DNA from: a virus
Lineage: Duplodnaviria; Heunggongvirae; Uroviricota; Caudoviricetes
Length of the DNA: 64,000 nucleotides
Direction: 5' to 3' (one strand)
IMG/VR virus record: IMGVR_UViG_3300026549_001031
Position 1 is the stretch's first letter. Every line of letters begins with the position of its first letter. Positions 9,999 through 19,125 of the stretch are shown here, one piece after another. A program made the translations under genes and the position numbers. The notes under the pieces are model-generated. The model saw only the letters and a program-made list of their open reading frames with translations. It did no database searches and had not been told where the DNA came from.

Positions 9999-10569
9999 AG
10001 GACCTACAAAGAAAGAGCAGGAACTTGCTAGAAAGAATTGTATACTCTATAAAAGAATAGAAGAGATTGATAGAATTAGAAAGGCATATATCTTCTTGGA
10101 CAATGATGTAATTTGCGACTTGTTCCATGAGTACAGCGAGCTCTCTGGTGAATTTGATTGGATCTTTAGGATACATTGGGATACATGGGATCGTTTAATT
10201 GCAGAGGGTAAAATTGTGGACATTGCAGGAATTGATGATACAATGAGAAAACAGTTTTATATCAGGAGAGGGTTTAACCCATCATTTGTAACTCAGAGGA
10301 CAGTACCTGAAGGCAGGGATGATTTATTTCCTTTGCTTGAGGAAATAAAACTGACATACAATGATTTGTTTGAGGTATTATGCAGGACACATGGTGTTTG
10401 TGGGAATGATCCTTACTATGTGAGCAGGAGACCTGATGAATTTGTGAATGTACATCAACAAATTGTACCTTACAGTATTCCTGATTTTGATACATCTGAT
10501 TATGGATGGTTATACGGTGAGGAAAGAGAAAAGGCAAATAAGGGGATTGAGTATCTGCTTACAATTTAG
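9979..10569 (+). CDS. HipA N-terminal-like (HipS-like) partner protein
   Basis: FVTQRTVPEGRDDL..LL..DLFEVLCRTHG..NDPYYV resembles the R-x-x-P-x-x-R...THG...D-x-Y motif found N-terminal to Firmicutes HipA-like kinases. Overlaps the kinase stop. Confidence 0.55.
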   Translation: MKLGIGRGPTKKEQELARKNCILYKRIEEIDRIRKAYIFLDNDVICDLFHEYSELSGEFDWIFRIHWDTWDRLIAEGKIVDIAGIDDTMRKQFYIRRGFNPSFVTQRTVPEGRDDLFPLLEEIKLTYNDLFEVLCRTHGVCGNDPYYVSRRPDEFVNVHQQIVPYSIPDFDTSDYGWLYGEEREKANKGIEYLLTI

Positions 10570-10613
10570 GTACATGGAGGCATAGGGACAAAAAAGAGTA
10601 GTAGCGTAGGGAC

Positions 10614-11410
10614 TAAAAAGCAGATGCATAGCTATAAAAAGCAGATGCATCACTATAAAGGGGAGTGTGGCATTGAAATTGGTCTATATGCAACTTGAAA
10701 CAGATAGATGCATTGAACAACTAAAAAGTAGATGCATCTATGGTAAAAATGGGGTACATTATGTTACTATTAAGGTATGCATTTAGTGAAACTTGAAAAG
10801 CTGATGCATATAAAAGTAGATGGATGCATAGATGGTTTATGAAGGGAAATCAAGTACTAATAAGTGGAGAAAATTTTACTATTAAGGGGTTGCATTTAAC
10901 AACTATAATGGTACAGTTGAACACTAATTGAATACAGTGTGTACAACTATAATACACTAGAAAAAGTTGATGCATTGGTACTATTAAGTATAGACAGGTC
11001 TGATGCATTAAACAATCATCAGCTAGCATAAAAAATGATGGTGTTGAGCAGTAAGATGGTTTAATGGTGTTTGTTTACTATAAAGGAACGACAGTGACTG
11101 ATGCAGTGGTATAAAAAGGGTATATCATTTAACAATCATCACTATACAGGTAGTGTTAAAATAAGACATTGTACTATTAAGAAACGACAGCTCTGATGCA
11201 TTTAACAACTATGAGTTATGCACTGGTGAATGACACCGGCAAAATCAAGAAAAGAAATGACAGTTTACTAAAAGGGATAGACAGATCTGATGCATTAAAC
11301 AACTATGAGTAGGCATAGAGATAAGAGGATGCAGTGGTACAAAAATGAATGGGCATTGTACTAAAAGGGATAGACAGATCTGATGCATTAAACAACTATG
11401 AATAGGCATT
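10614..11410 (+). repeat. Non-coding repeat array (short iteron-like repeats plus ~95-bp units)
   Basis: TAAAAAGCAGATGCAT at 10614 and 10635. Perfect 43-bp repeat at 11266 and 11359. Degenerate copies at 10979, 11076 and 11172. 13 same-strand GATGCA. Confidence 0.85.
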
Positions 11411-11448
11411 GAAACAGCATAGGACATATTAAAAGAAAAGAGGCAGTT

Positions 11449-12216
11449 ATGAGTATACTTTGGAAACAGATTATAAACAATAGAGAATATGAGGCAGACT
11501 TATACAGAAGATTAGTATACAATATGCGTTTAGTGGATGGTAAGAGGGTGGACTTTGAAGAAGTAAAGAAAGCAGTGATTTTACCAGAGAATATACCTAC
11601 TAAAGATGGGATGTACAGTGGAGTTAGTAAGCAATCCATTGTGAATACTTTCTTGGCAGTAGAAACAGGCATTAGGTTTAAAACAGGGTTTGATGTTGTG
11701 GATATGTATACATTGGCTAAGTTATTAAGATACAATCAATTAAAAATAATGAACAGGTTTACAAGAACAGACAGTAATGAAAACAGGGCTGCACATAAGA
11801 ATTATTTGAACTTCATTGTAGAAATGTACAATGAGAAAATAGAAAAGGCACATAGCATTCAGAAAGGTTTGGATGCAATTTTAGAAAATCAGGAGCGTAA
11901 GAAAATAATTGAAGCAATTGCAAATGTTTATGTGCACCTGATTGGAATGGATGTTTTTGGAAAAGAGACAAGAGACATTGGACAGATAGTGGTTGCAAAG
12001 TTATGTATTGATAATGACATTGCACCTGTAGTAATAACACCTGATAAGTTTGATAGAGTCAATATGTTAGTAAGTGGGATCTGGGATATTGTTGAGACAA
12101 GCACTGAAATAAATGGAACTTACATTTGTAAATGCAGAGAGGCACTTATTGATGAATTTGATCATATGAGTAAACTTGAGGAACTTGAGATGAAAAGAGT
12201 AGGCATTACAGTCTAA
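11449..12216 (+). CDS. Fic-fold protein with degenerate active-site motif
   Basis: N-terminal VYNMRLVDGKRVDFEEVK matches the Fic YNSxxIEGNxLTxxE pattern. ANVYVHLIGMDVFGKETRDIG sits where HPFxDGNGRxxR belongs, followed by DNDIAPVVI. Confidence 0.55.
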   Translation: MSILWKQIINNREYEADLYRRLVYNMRLVDGKRVDFEEVKKAVILPENIPTKDGMYSGVSKQSIVNTFLAVETGIRFKTGFDVVDMYTLAKLLRYNQLKIMNRFTRTDSNENRAAHKNYLNFIVEMYNEKIEKAHSIQKGLDAILENQERKKIIEAIANVYVHLIGMDVFGKETRDIGQIVVAKLCIDNDIAPVVITPDKFDRVNMLVSGIWDIVETSTEINGTYICKCREALIDEFDHMSKLEELEMKRVGITV

Positions 12217-12428
12217 ATAGGACATATTGGTTTATAGGGTGATGAGCATATAAGCTAAAAACTTGAATGAAGTAAAGAGAAAAGTAAGCATTTGAAAACA
12301 GTGTATGAGCATAGAAAACAGGATAATGTTTGGTAGGTAAGACATAAATAAAGTGAAATTTGCATAGGGCAAAAAGAGAGATAAGCATTTGGAAAAATCA
12401 GTGTAGCATTGGGGTAAAAATCAATTAG

Positions 12429-13343
12429 CAAATAATTAAAATAAAGAGAATAGGTGATATTTCAGATATCAAGATTTATGATTGGGATCACATCAGAGTA
12501 CAGAGGTTAGGGCATAGGGAAACTGCTAAGTTAAAGTTTAGAAATCCTGATCACTTTAAGAAATTCGTTGAGCACACAGCAATTAAGAATAAGGCAAGTA
12601 TTTCTGCACAGAATGCATTACAGAACTTCACAGATAAGTATAGTAGTAAAAAAGCAATTATGAGGTTTAACATCACAACACCTGTGGTTAACAGTAATGA
12701 AAAGTACTTGCTCTCAATAAGAAAGATACCTAAACATAAGTACACAACAGAGAGACTTATTGAGTTAGGATTCTTCACTAGGGAAATGGCAGACTACTTT
12801 GAAGATAGGGTCAAGAATGGAGGCGGTTTGTTAGTTGCAGGTAAGGGAGGATCTGGTAAGACAACCTTATTAAACTGGGCATTGGATAAATTACCTGACG
12901 ACATTTCAGGATTGTGCATACAGGAAAACGAAGAGTTGTTTAGCAATCATCCTGACATTGCATTTCAGCACACAATCATTAACCGTGGTGAAGGTAAGAT
13001 TGAATATAACTTGGGAGACCTTGCAAGGAATGGTTTGCTCATGGATATTGATTACTTCATCATTGGTGAAATTAAGGGTGCTGAGGCACTTTACCTGTTA
13101 AATGCAGTTTATACAGGTGCAAAAGGATGGGCAACAGTTCATGGTTCTTCTGCTACAGAGGCAATGAAAAAGCTGGTTGATTACATCAAATATAATTCAG
13201 ACTATTCACAGGAAGAAGCACTACAGATGTTAGTTCACTTGGATACAGTAGTATTTATGAAGGACTTTGGTGTAAGAGAAGTACAGGAGATTACAGGATA
13301 TGATCCTGAAATTGGAGATTTGACATACAAGAAAATCTTCTAA
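12429..13343 (+). pseudogene. cpaF: TadA/CpaF (VirB11-family) pilus ATPase, apparently 5'-truncated
   Basis: Walker A GKGGSGKTT, IQENEEL, IIGEIKGAEA and ATVHG. The frame is open back to 12429 and encodes the conserved DISDIKIYDWDHIRVQRLG, but has no ATG or RBS before it. The first ATG (12660) is mid-domain. Confidence 0.7.
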
Positions 13344-13372
13344 AAAGTAGAGGACATGAGAGGTAAAAGGTA

Positions 13373-14383
13373 ATGGACATTAAAGAATTGTTTTTAGAGT
13401 TCTTAGATAGCAAGTTGCTCATATATGTTTTGGAGATATACCTATTTGGTTTAATCTTCTACGTTGTATATAGTGTGATTAACTACTTCAAGTATAACTC
13501 ACATGCAAATGAGAAAATCAAGTCATTCTATGCACAAATAAGTGAGGCAGAGCGAGAAAGAGCAGAAGCAGAGAGAAGAGATAGAGACATCCATGGTGAG
13601 GGTGGTAAGAAAGATTTCTTAGCTAGCATTGACGAAAAGTTAGCATACAGTGGAATAAAAGAAAAGATTCCGTGGCTGACAACTGAATTTTACTTGCTAG
13701 CAGTGATTGTGTTTGATGCAATTATAACACTAATCGTTGTAGTGTTTAAGGGTGCAGGATTTGGAATAATGGCTGCAGTACTTGTACCAATGATCTTTGA
13801 GTTGTTACTTTCTGGTTCTATTGTGATACGTAGCAACAAAACAGAAGAGCAGATGTTACAGTTTATGAACATCATTGATAACTTTTCAAAGTCAAGTGAT
13901 GATTTGATTGATATACTTGAGAGATCATCAAGGTACATTGAGAATCCTTTAGGAGATCAGATTTACACAGCTGTAGTAAATGCAAAAAACAGTGGTAATC
14001 AGACATTAGCATTGATTGAGTTACAGAATAGTGTTAAGAATAAGCATTTTAAGGTGTTGATAAGAAACCTTGAGATTTGTTCTAGGTATGATACAAATTA
14101 TGATACAATCATTGAGGATTGTAGAGAGGTCTTTCATTCTTATATAAGGAGTGAAAGAGAAAAAGGAACAATCAGGAAAAATGGAGTTGCACAGATCTTG
14201 ATAATGATTGTACTTGGTGCTTTCTGTGTAGTTGCAACTTCAAGTATGGATGATACAAGTAGTAATTTCATTCAGGCATTTACATCAGGTGGTACACTTG
14301 GATATTTGGTACTTGGTTTTCTAGCATTTGCACTTGTGGCTGCATTGTATATAATGATATTCAAAGTTCTTAGAAGTAAGTAA
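13373..14383 (+). CDS. tadB: TadB-like (T2SS F family) pilus platform membrane protein
   Basis: Follows cpaF. TM-TM-soluble T2SSF-like domain-TM-TM topology. Confidence 0.7.
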   Translation: MDIKELFLEFLDSKLLIYVLEIYLFGLIFYVVYSVINYFKYNSHANEKIKSFYAQISEAERERAEAERRDRDIHGEGGKKDFLASIDEKLAYSGIKEKIPWLTTEFYLLAVIVFDAIITLIVVVFKGAGFGIMAAVLVPMIFELLLSGSIVIRSNKTEEQMLQFMNIIDNFSKSSDDLIDILERSSRYIENPLGDQIYTAVVNAKNSGNQTLALIELQNSVKNKHFKVLIRNLEICSRYDTNYDTIIEDCREVFHSYIRSEREKGTIRKNGVAQILIMIVLGAFCVVATSSMDDTSSNFIQAFTSGGTLGYLVLGFLAFALVAALYIMIFKVLRSK

Positions 14384-14399
14384 GAGAGGAAAAGGAAAG

Positions 14400-15221
14400 A
14401 TGAGTACATACAATTGGTTAGGAATTGCATCTAAGTTGTTAATGTTGTTTATCATTTTTGCAGTAGCTTACTTAGTGGATTACATGGTAAAGACTGAGAT
14501 TATACAAAAGCAATACAGCAAGATGCAGGGGCAAGGAAAGCAGTTCCTTACAAAAAATATGAAGAGAGCAAAGGGAAAAGCTTTCAACTATGATTACATG
14601 GATGCCTTCATTAACAAATATGGTGTAAACTTTATGATTAAAGGAATAACACCTGTTGGATATGTGGCTTTGAAGCTAGTTGCTTCACTATTCGTTATGT
14701 TGATAACAATGCATGAGAATATAGTTTTAGGTCTTGTTTTCGGACCTACCTGTTATTTTATTTTAGATTTTATTTTTATTGAGAGCAATAAAAGTGATAA
14801 TAAGATGATGTTGGAGGACATTAAAAATGTCTATGATACATTAAGAATTCAGATTAAAGCAGGTGTTTATATTACTTCAGTATTAACAGATTGTTACTTG
14901 GTAGTAAAAAATAAACGGCTTAAGAAAGCATTCTTGGAACTTACAAGTGATATAGCTGCAAAGAATGATTTGGAGGATTCACTTGATAGATTCACTTACA
15001 AGTTCGATAATCAATACATCGACAACCTGGCAACAGTAATTAAGCAGTCTATGACAACAGGTCAGGCAGGTAAGATGTTTGATGATATAAAAGGGCAGAT
15101 CAATGACATTGAAAACGCAATGGTTGAGGCAGAGAAACAGAAAATTAACACTCAAATAATTATAGTACAAGCTTTAATGTACGTAGCAATTCTAGTTTCA
15201 ACAGTTTATTTGCTGAAATGA
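14400..15221 (+). CDS. tadC: TadC-like pilus platform membrane protein
   Basis: LRIQIKAGVYITSVL, LEDSLDRF and LATVIKQSMTTG are TadC-like; position after tadB. Confidence 0.7.
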   Translation: MSTYNWLGIASKLLMLFIIFAVAYLVDYMVKTEIIQKQYSKMQGQGKQFLTKNMKRAKGKAFNYDYMDAFINKYGVNFMIKGITPVGYVALKLVASLFVMLITMHENIVLGLVFGPTCYFILDFIFIESNKSDNKMMLEDIKNVYDTLRIQIKAGVYITSVLTDCYLVVKNKRLKKAFLELTSDIAAKNDLEDSLDRFTYKFDNQYIDNLATVIKQSMTTGQAGKMFDDIKGQINDIENAMVEAEKQKINTQIIIVQALMYVAILVSTVYLLK

Positions 15222-15712
15222 TTGCTAACTGTGGTGATAGTATCAGACTTGGTAAGTTGCAGTACAACACCAGTCAAGATTATCAGGTATTCCTTCAGAG
15301 AGGAAATACAAACACAGGGTTTGTAGAGAGTAACACAAGCAAAGAGAGTAGTTCAGACAGTACAAGTGAATCAGACACAGATAAAGAAGCAAAGGCTGCA
15401 GCTAAGAAACAAAAGGCTGCGGCTAAAGCCTTAGATGAGCAGTTAAAGAATGACACAGCAACTGGAACAACAGCAGCTCAGGAAAAGGCACAGGCAAAGA
15501 AAGATCAAGAAGAGGCAGCTAAAGCAAAGAAAGAAGCAGAGCAAGCTAAACAAGAGGCAGAAAAAGCTAAAGAGGAAGCAGCTAAAGCAAAAGAAGAGGC
15601 TACTAAAGAAAAAGAAGAGGCAGCTAAAGCAAAGAAAGAAGCAGAGCAAAGTAAGACAAGCAATAAGGACAGCAGTAAGACAAGTAGTGTGACAGTTAAG
15701 AAAGCACAGTAA
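15218..15712 (+). CDS. Ala/Lys/Glu-rich coiled-coil (TolA-like low-complexity) protein, possibly a gene fragment
   Basis: EAAKAKK/EAEKAKE heptad repeats. ATGA overlap with the tadC stop; no RBS, signal peptide or anchor. Confidence 0.55.
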   Translation: MIANCGDSIRLGKLQYNTSQDYQVFLQRGNTNTGFVESNTSKESSSDSTSESDTDKEAKAAAKKQKAAAKALDEQLKNDTATGTTAAQEKAQAKKDQEEAAKAKKEAEQAKQEAEKAKEEAAKAKEEATKEKEEAAKAKKEAEQSKTSNKDSSKTSSVTVKKAQ

Positions 15713-15742
15713 ATAGGACAGGTAAGAGGTTTAACAGACAAG

Positions 15743-16375
15743 ATGAAATTGAGAGTGACATATATGGCACTGAGCATGGCAATACTTTTTGTATTGCCAT
15801 TACTTTTATCAGTGGCTTTTGAGCATATAGATAAAGAAAATACCATAAAATTAAATAAGAAAGACATAATATGGCTTGTAGTAGTTTCGATAGGGTTGAG
15901 CGTAGGATTTGAGATAATAGCTCATATGAATTTATTAACATTAGCATTAACAAGTTTCATAATGGCATATCTAATTTTTATGAGTTACACAGATCAGAAA
16001 ACAAAGCAAGTGTATTCAGCAGTTAGCTTTGGAATATTTTTGATTGCAATAGTAACTTGTATGATACAGATACTGAATAGAGGTATGTACAGTATATTTA
16101 ATGTAGGTGCAATGATATGTTTGAATGTGTTGCTTGTAACTTTAGGTCAGTTTGGTTTATTAGGTATGGGAGATGTTGATATTTATGGAGTAATAGAACT
16201 CTATTATTTGCAGACTAGGCCTGAAGCATTTTTCTCAATCATATTAAATTTATTACTAGCAAACATATTGTTTGGAATTTCAGCAATAGCAAGAAAAGCA
16301 AAGCATAAAGAAAAATTACCTTTTACACTATACATTGCAATTAGTACAGGTATAATGTGTGTAATAGGAATTTGA
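15743..16375 (+). CDS. Prepilin peptidase, A24 family (TadV/CpaA-like)
   Basis: Multi-TM; first Asp in SYTDQKTKQV, GxGD motif LGMGDV, and C-terminal LPF. Confidence 0.8.
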   Translation: MKLRVTYMALSMAILFVLPLLLSVAFEHIDKENTIKLNKKDIIWLVVVSIGLSVGFEIIAHMNLLTLALTSFIMAYLIFMSYTDQKTKQVYSAVSFGIFLIAIVTCMIQILNRGMYSIFNVGAMICLNVLLVTLGQFGLLGMGDVDIYGVIELYYLQTRPEAFFSIILNLLLANILFGISAIARKAKHKEKLPFTLYIAISTGIMCVIGI

Positions 16376-16396
16376 CAGCAGTATAGGGTTACAGAG

Positions 16397-16435
16397 ATAC
16401 AGGTAAAGTTTAGAGTGGACTTTACCTGTATTTTT
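16397..16435 (+). terminator. Intrinsic terminator
   Basis: Stem ATACAGGTAAAGTT / GACTTTACCTGTAT plus T tail. Confidence 0.85.
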
Positions 16436-16510
16436 ATATACAAGAAAAAGTGCAGTTAAGTTAATATTAGTAAATTTAATTTTTATTTTAAGTTAGAAAG
16501 GACAGTTAAA

Positions 16511-17488
16511 ATGGCATTCATTAAGAGAAAAGGCATGGATAGAAATGATGGAGTGTACAGGGGAGAGGTTGAGGAGCCTTTAGTTACATGGAAAGACATT
16601 AGAAGAGGTATTAGAAAAGCAATAGTATTATGTCTATGTATAGTTAGTTTGGTTGGCATGGTCTGGTGGAATGGGAGAGACACAGTAAATGCAAGTTATA
16701 TACAAAGTAAGATAAATAAGAGCATGAAATTAGTAAATACAGACGAGGGCAATGGAAATAATGTACAGTTAGTAATAAATGGTGGTGGCATTGGTTTCCC
16801 TATGACAGTAAAGGAAATGGGGAAGGCTATACAGTTAAAGACAGTGGAGGACACAGTAAGTAAAGAGACTAACAAGTTGAATCCTCATAATGAGTCAGGG
16901 TTTAAGGAGCAGGAGTTAGTAAAGGATATAGACTTCAAATATAAGGCAATAAACCTTGGAGATAATGTTGAAGGCATTGGAAAGTGCTTAGTTAGCAATG
17001 TTAAGATTAAATGTAAAGATACAGTAGAGGCACAGAATATAAATAAGATAGACTATGATAAAGTAAGATTAAACATTAACAATGGAAGTATAAAACTTGG
17101 TGAATCAGTTGAGGACATATTAAAAGAGTTAGGTAAGCAGGGATATAGTTTCTATTGTGCATCTAGACAGAGTGTGAATCTCATAAATGTTTATACAAAT
17201 CAGCAGTTCATGGATATGCCAAACACGTTAATGATTACAGATGGCAATGTTAAAAAATGGCACATTGAAATTCAGATGTATGACAAGGCAAATGAGAATA
17301 ATGCATTTGGAGAATGTAAGTATTTACCTGATTTAATGAAAGGTACAAATGGAATTGAGATAAGACATAAAGCAGTTAAGCTTGTAGGAAACAGTGTAAA
17401 TGGTTTGTATGACATAGAGGTCGAATATGAGACCATTAACAAAAATACAATAGCTTATAATAAAATTAAGGAGATGCATAACTGGTAA
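16511..17488 (+). CDS. Single-pass membrane protein, unknown function
   Basis: AAGGA RBS; one hydrophobic helix near residue 40. Confidence 0.7.
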   Translation: MAFIKRKGMDRNDGVYRGEVEEPLVTWKDIRRGIRKAIVLCLCIVSLVGMVWWNGRDTVNASYIQSKINKSMKLVNTDEGNGNNVQLVINGGGIGFPMTVKEMGKAIQLKTVEDTVSKETNKLNPHNESGFKEQELVKDIDFKYKAINLGDNVEGIGKCLVSNVKIKCKDTVEAQNINKIDYDKVRLNINNGSIKLGESVEDILKELGKQGYSFYCASRQSVNLINVYTNQQFMDMPNTLMITDGNVKKWHIEIQMYDKANENNAFGECKYLPDLMKGTNGIEIRHKAVKLVGNSVNGLYDIEVEYETINKNTIAYNKIKEMHNW

Positions 17489-17538
17489 TAAAATGATAGT
17501 AAGTTGGATATAATAAATAAAAAGGAGACTTAACGAAC

Positions 17539-17769
17539 ATGAAGAAAAAATTAAGGGCAGTGCTGGAAAGGTTTGGACAAAATCAATCTGATCTAGCAGA
17601 GCTGTTAGGACTGACATATCAGTCAGTTAGTATTAAGATCAATGGTAAAAAAGATTGGACACAATCAGAAATGTTTAAGATCATACATTGTTATGGATTA
17701 ACACCAGATGAAGCAATGGACATTTTCTTTAATGAAAGGGACTGGTTAGGTTTAGATGATGAAAAATAG
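17539..17769 (+). CDS. XRE/Cro-like helix-turn-helix regulator
   Basis: NQSDLAELLGLTYQSVSIKINGKKDWTQSEM...IFF; strong RBS. Confidence 0.85.
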   Translation: MKKKLRAVLERFGQNQSDLAELLGLTYQSVSIKINGKKDWTQSEMFKIIHCYGLTPDEAMDIFFNERDWLGLDDEK

Positions 17770-18466
17770 CAAGAGCAATGACAAGGCAGAGAATAGCAAA
17801 GGCAAAACAGAGAGTGGCAAGGATAAGCACAAAGTTAAAGAGAAGCGTGCTAGACTGCTGGAGTTGACAGACAGTGAGGTTGAAGACTTAATAAGGCATA
17901 CAAGATTGGTTATGCAATTTGAAGATGGCACTGCTAAATCAGAAATGCTTGGTGATATGATAGAGCTGACACATACAGAAATGCTGGGCGACAAGTTGAA
18001 AAAAGCAAATACACATAAGGGTCAGATAGAGTTCAACAAGGCGATGGATGGTATGGTTGAGGCTTATGAGAGAGATGTCATTCATAAAAAGGTGTTACAC
18101 TTGATTACAATACCTGAAGAAACAAGAACTAGCATGAGTGATGAAGAAGCAGCACAGTTGTTTAGTAGTAATAAGCAGGAGGTTGTAGATTTAAGACAGG
18201 TACCTGCAAAAAGAATTCATTTCTTTGTTGGTGATTATGAGGTTGATTTTACATTGAGTATATTAGATGTAAACATAATAGGTCAAGTAATCGTCAGGGT
18301 GTTTATGTTTGGTTTATTTGTTGAGGTTACAAGAGCAATGGAGTTGTTCAACACAACAACAATGGCTATATACTTAGGTTTACAAATATTAGCTTATCTA
18401 GGAATAATTAAGCTGGTACAAAGAATAATAGAAATTGGAGGAACACAGGATTGGATGCAAAAGTGA
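17756..18466 (+). CDS. Hypothetical protein with two C-terminal TM segments
   Basis: Overlaps the HTH gene; hydrophobic C-terminus. Confidence 0.65.
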   Translation: MMKNSKSNDKAENSKGKTESGKDKHKVKEKRARLLELTDSEVEDLIRHTRLVMQFEDGTAKSEMLGDMIELTHTEMLGDKLKKANTHKGQIEFNKAMDGMVEAYERDVIHKKVLHLITIPEETRTSMSDEEAAQLFSSNKQEVVDLRQVPAKRIHFFVGDYEVDFTLSILDVNIIGQVIVRVFMFGLFVEVTRAMELFNTTTMAIYLGLQILAYLGIIKLVQRIIEIGGTQDWMQK

Positions 18467-19098
18467 TTTTACTAAAAACTATAGACAATGTACAAGTGGT
18501 GTATTACAGGGTATTGAATTTAGATACATTTGAGACAATGGATATACCTGCATACAGAATAATGGATGAGATTGTTAATAATGGACTTAACATTGTAAAT
18601 GTGACTTGTACAAATAATCAGTTACATATTATAAATGAGGATGGATACAATAGTATTGAAGATGTAATCACTACTGATGAGTTTGACAGCTCTGTAAAGA
18701 GTTTATATGACTGGGCAGTTGATAACAATGACATTGGTTCAGATATGTTAAGCAGTTATGACACGGAGAAAAATAGGTCAACACCTAGTAAAATAGAGAT
18801 ATGCAGCAATAAAGAGTTAGCTTGGACATGTAAAAACGGTCACACAGTCTATTGTGATTTTGCTACATACTTTAGTTTAGGTTGTAAATGTCCTTTATGT
18901 GAAGCAAAGAAAACAAAAGATACCATTTCCCTTAAAAAATGGGCAGTGATGACAAAGAATAAAAACATATTAAATGATTATGAATCATCTGATAAAAATA
19001 AACTTAACAGTGATGAGATTGAGTGGAACTCAAAGAAGATGATTTGGATGGGAGAAGAGCATAAGAAATTATGTGAATTTACATCAGGGAAAAGATAA
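18451..19098 (+). CDS. Zinc-ribbon (DUF4379-like) domain protein
   Basis: WTCKNGH...CKCPLC, followed by a partial second repeat (KN..EI..NSKKMIW). Confidence 0.6.
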   Translation: MDAKVILLKTIDNVQVVYYRVLNLDTFETMDIPAYRIMDEIVNNGLNIVNVTCTNNQLHIINEDGYNSIEDVITTDEFDSSVKSLYDWAVDNNDIGSDMLSSYDTEKNRSTPSKIEICSNKELAWTCKNGHTVYCDFATYFSLGCKCPLCEAKKTKDTISLKKWAVMTKNKNILNDYESSDKNKLNSDEIEWNSKKMIWMGEEHKKLCEFTSGKR

Positions 19099-19125
19099 AA
19101 CATAGTAGGAAAGTTGAAATAAAGA

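Noticed and set aside
10979-11410. Canonical CRISPR array
   Set aside because: Only two identical repeats; the others are degenerate, the spacers share sub-motifs, and no cas gene is in the window. Kept as an unexplained repeat array.
11245-11427. 60-aa minus-strand ORF with an internal repeat
   Set aside because: A by-product of the DNA repeat; no RBS.
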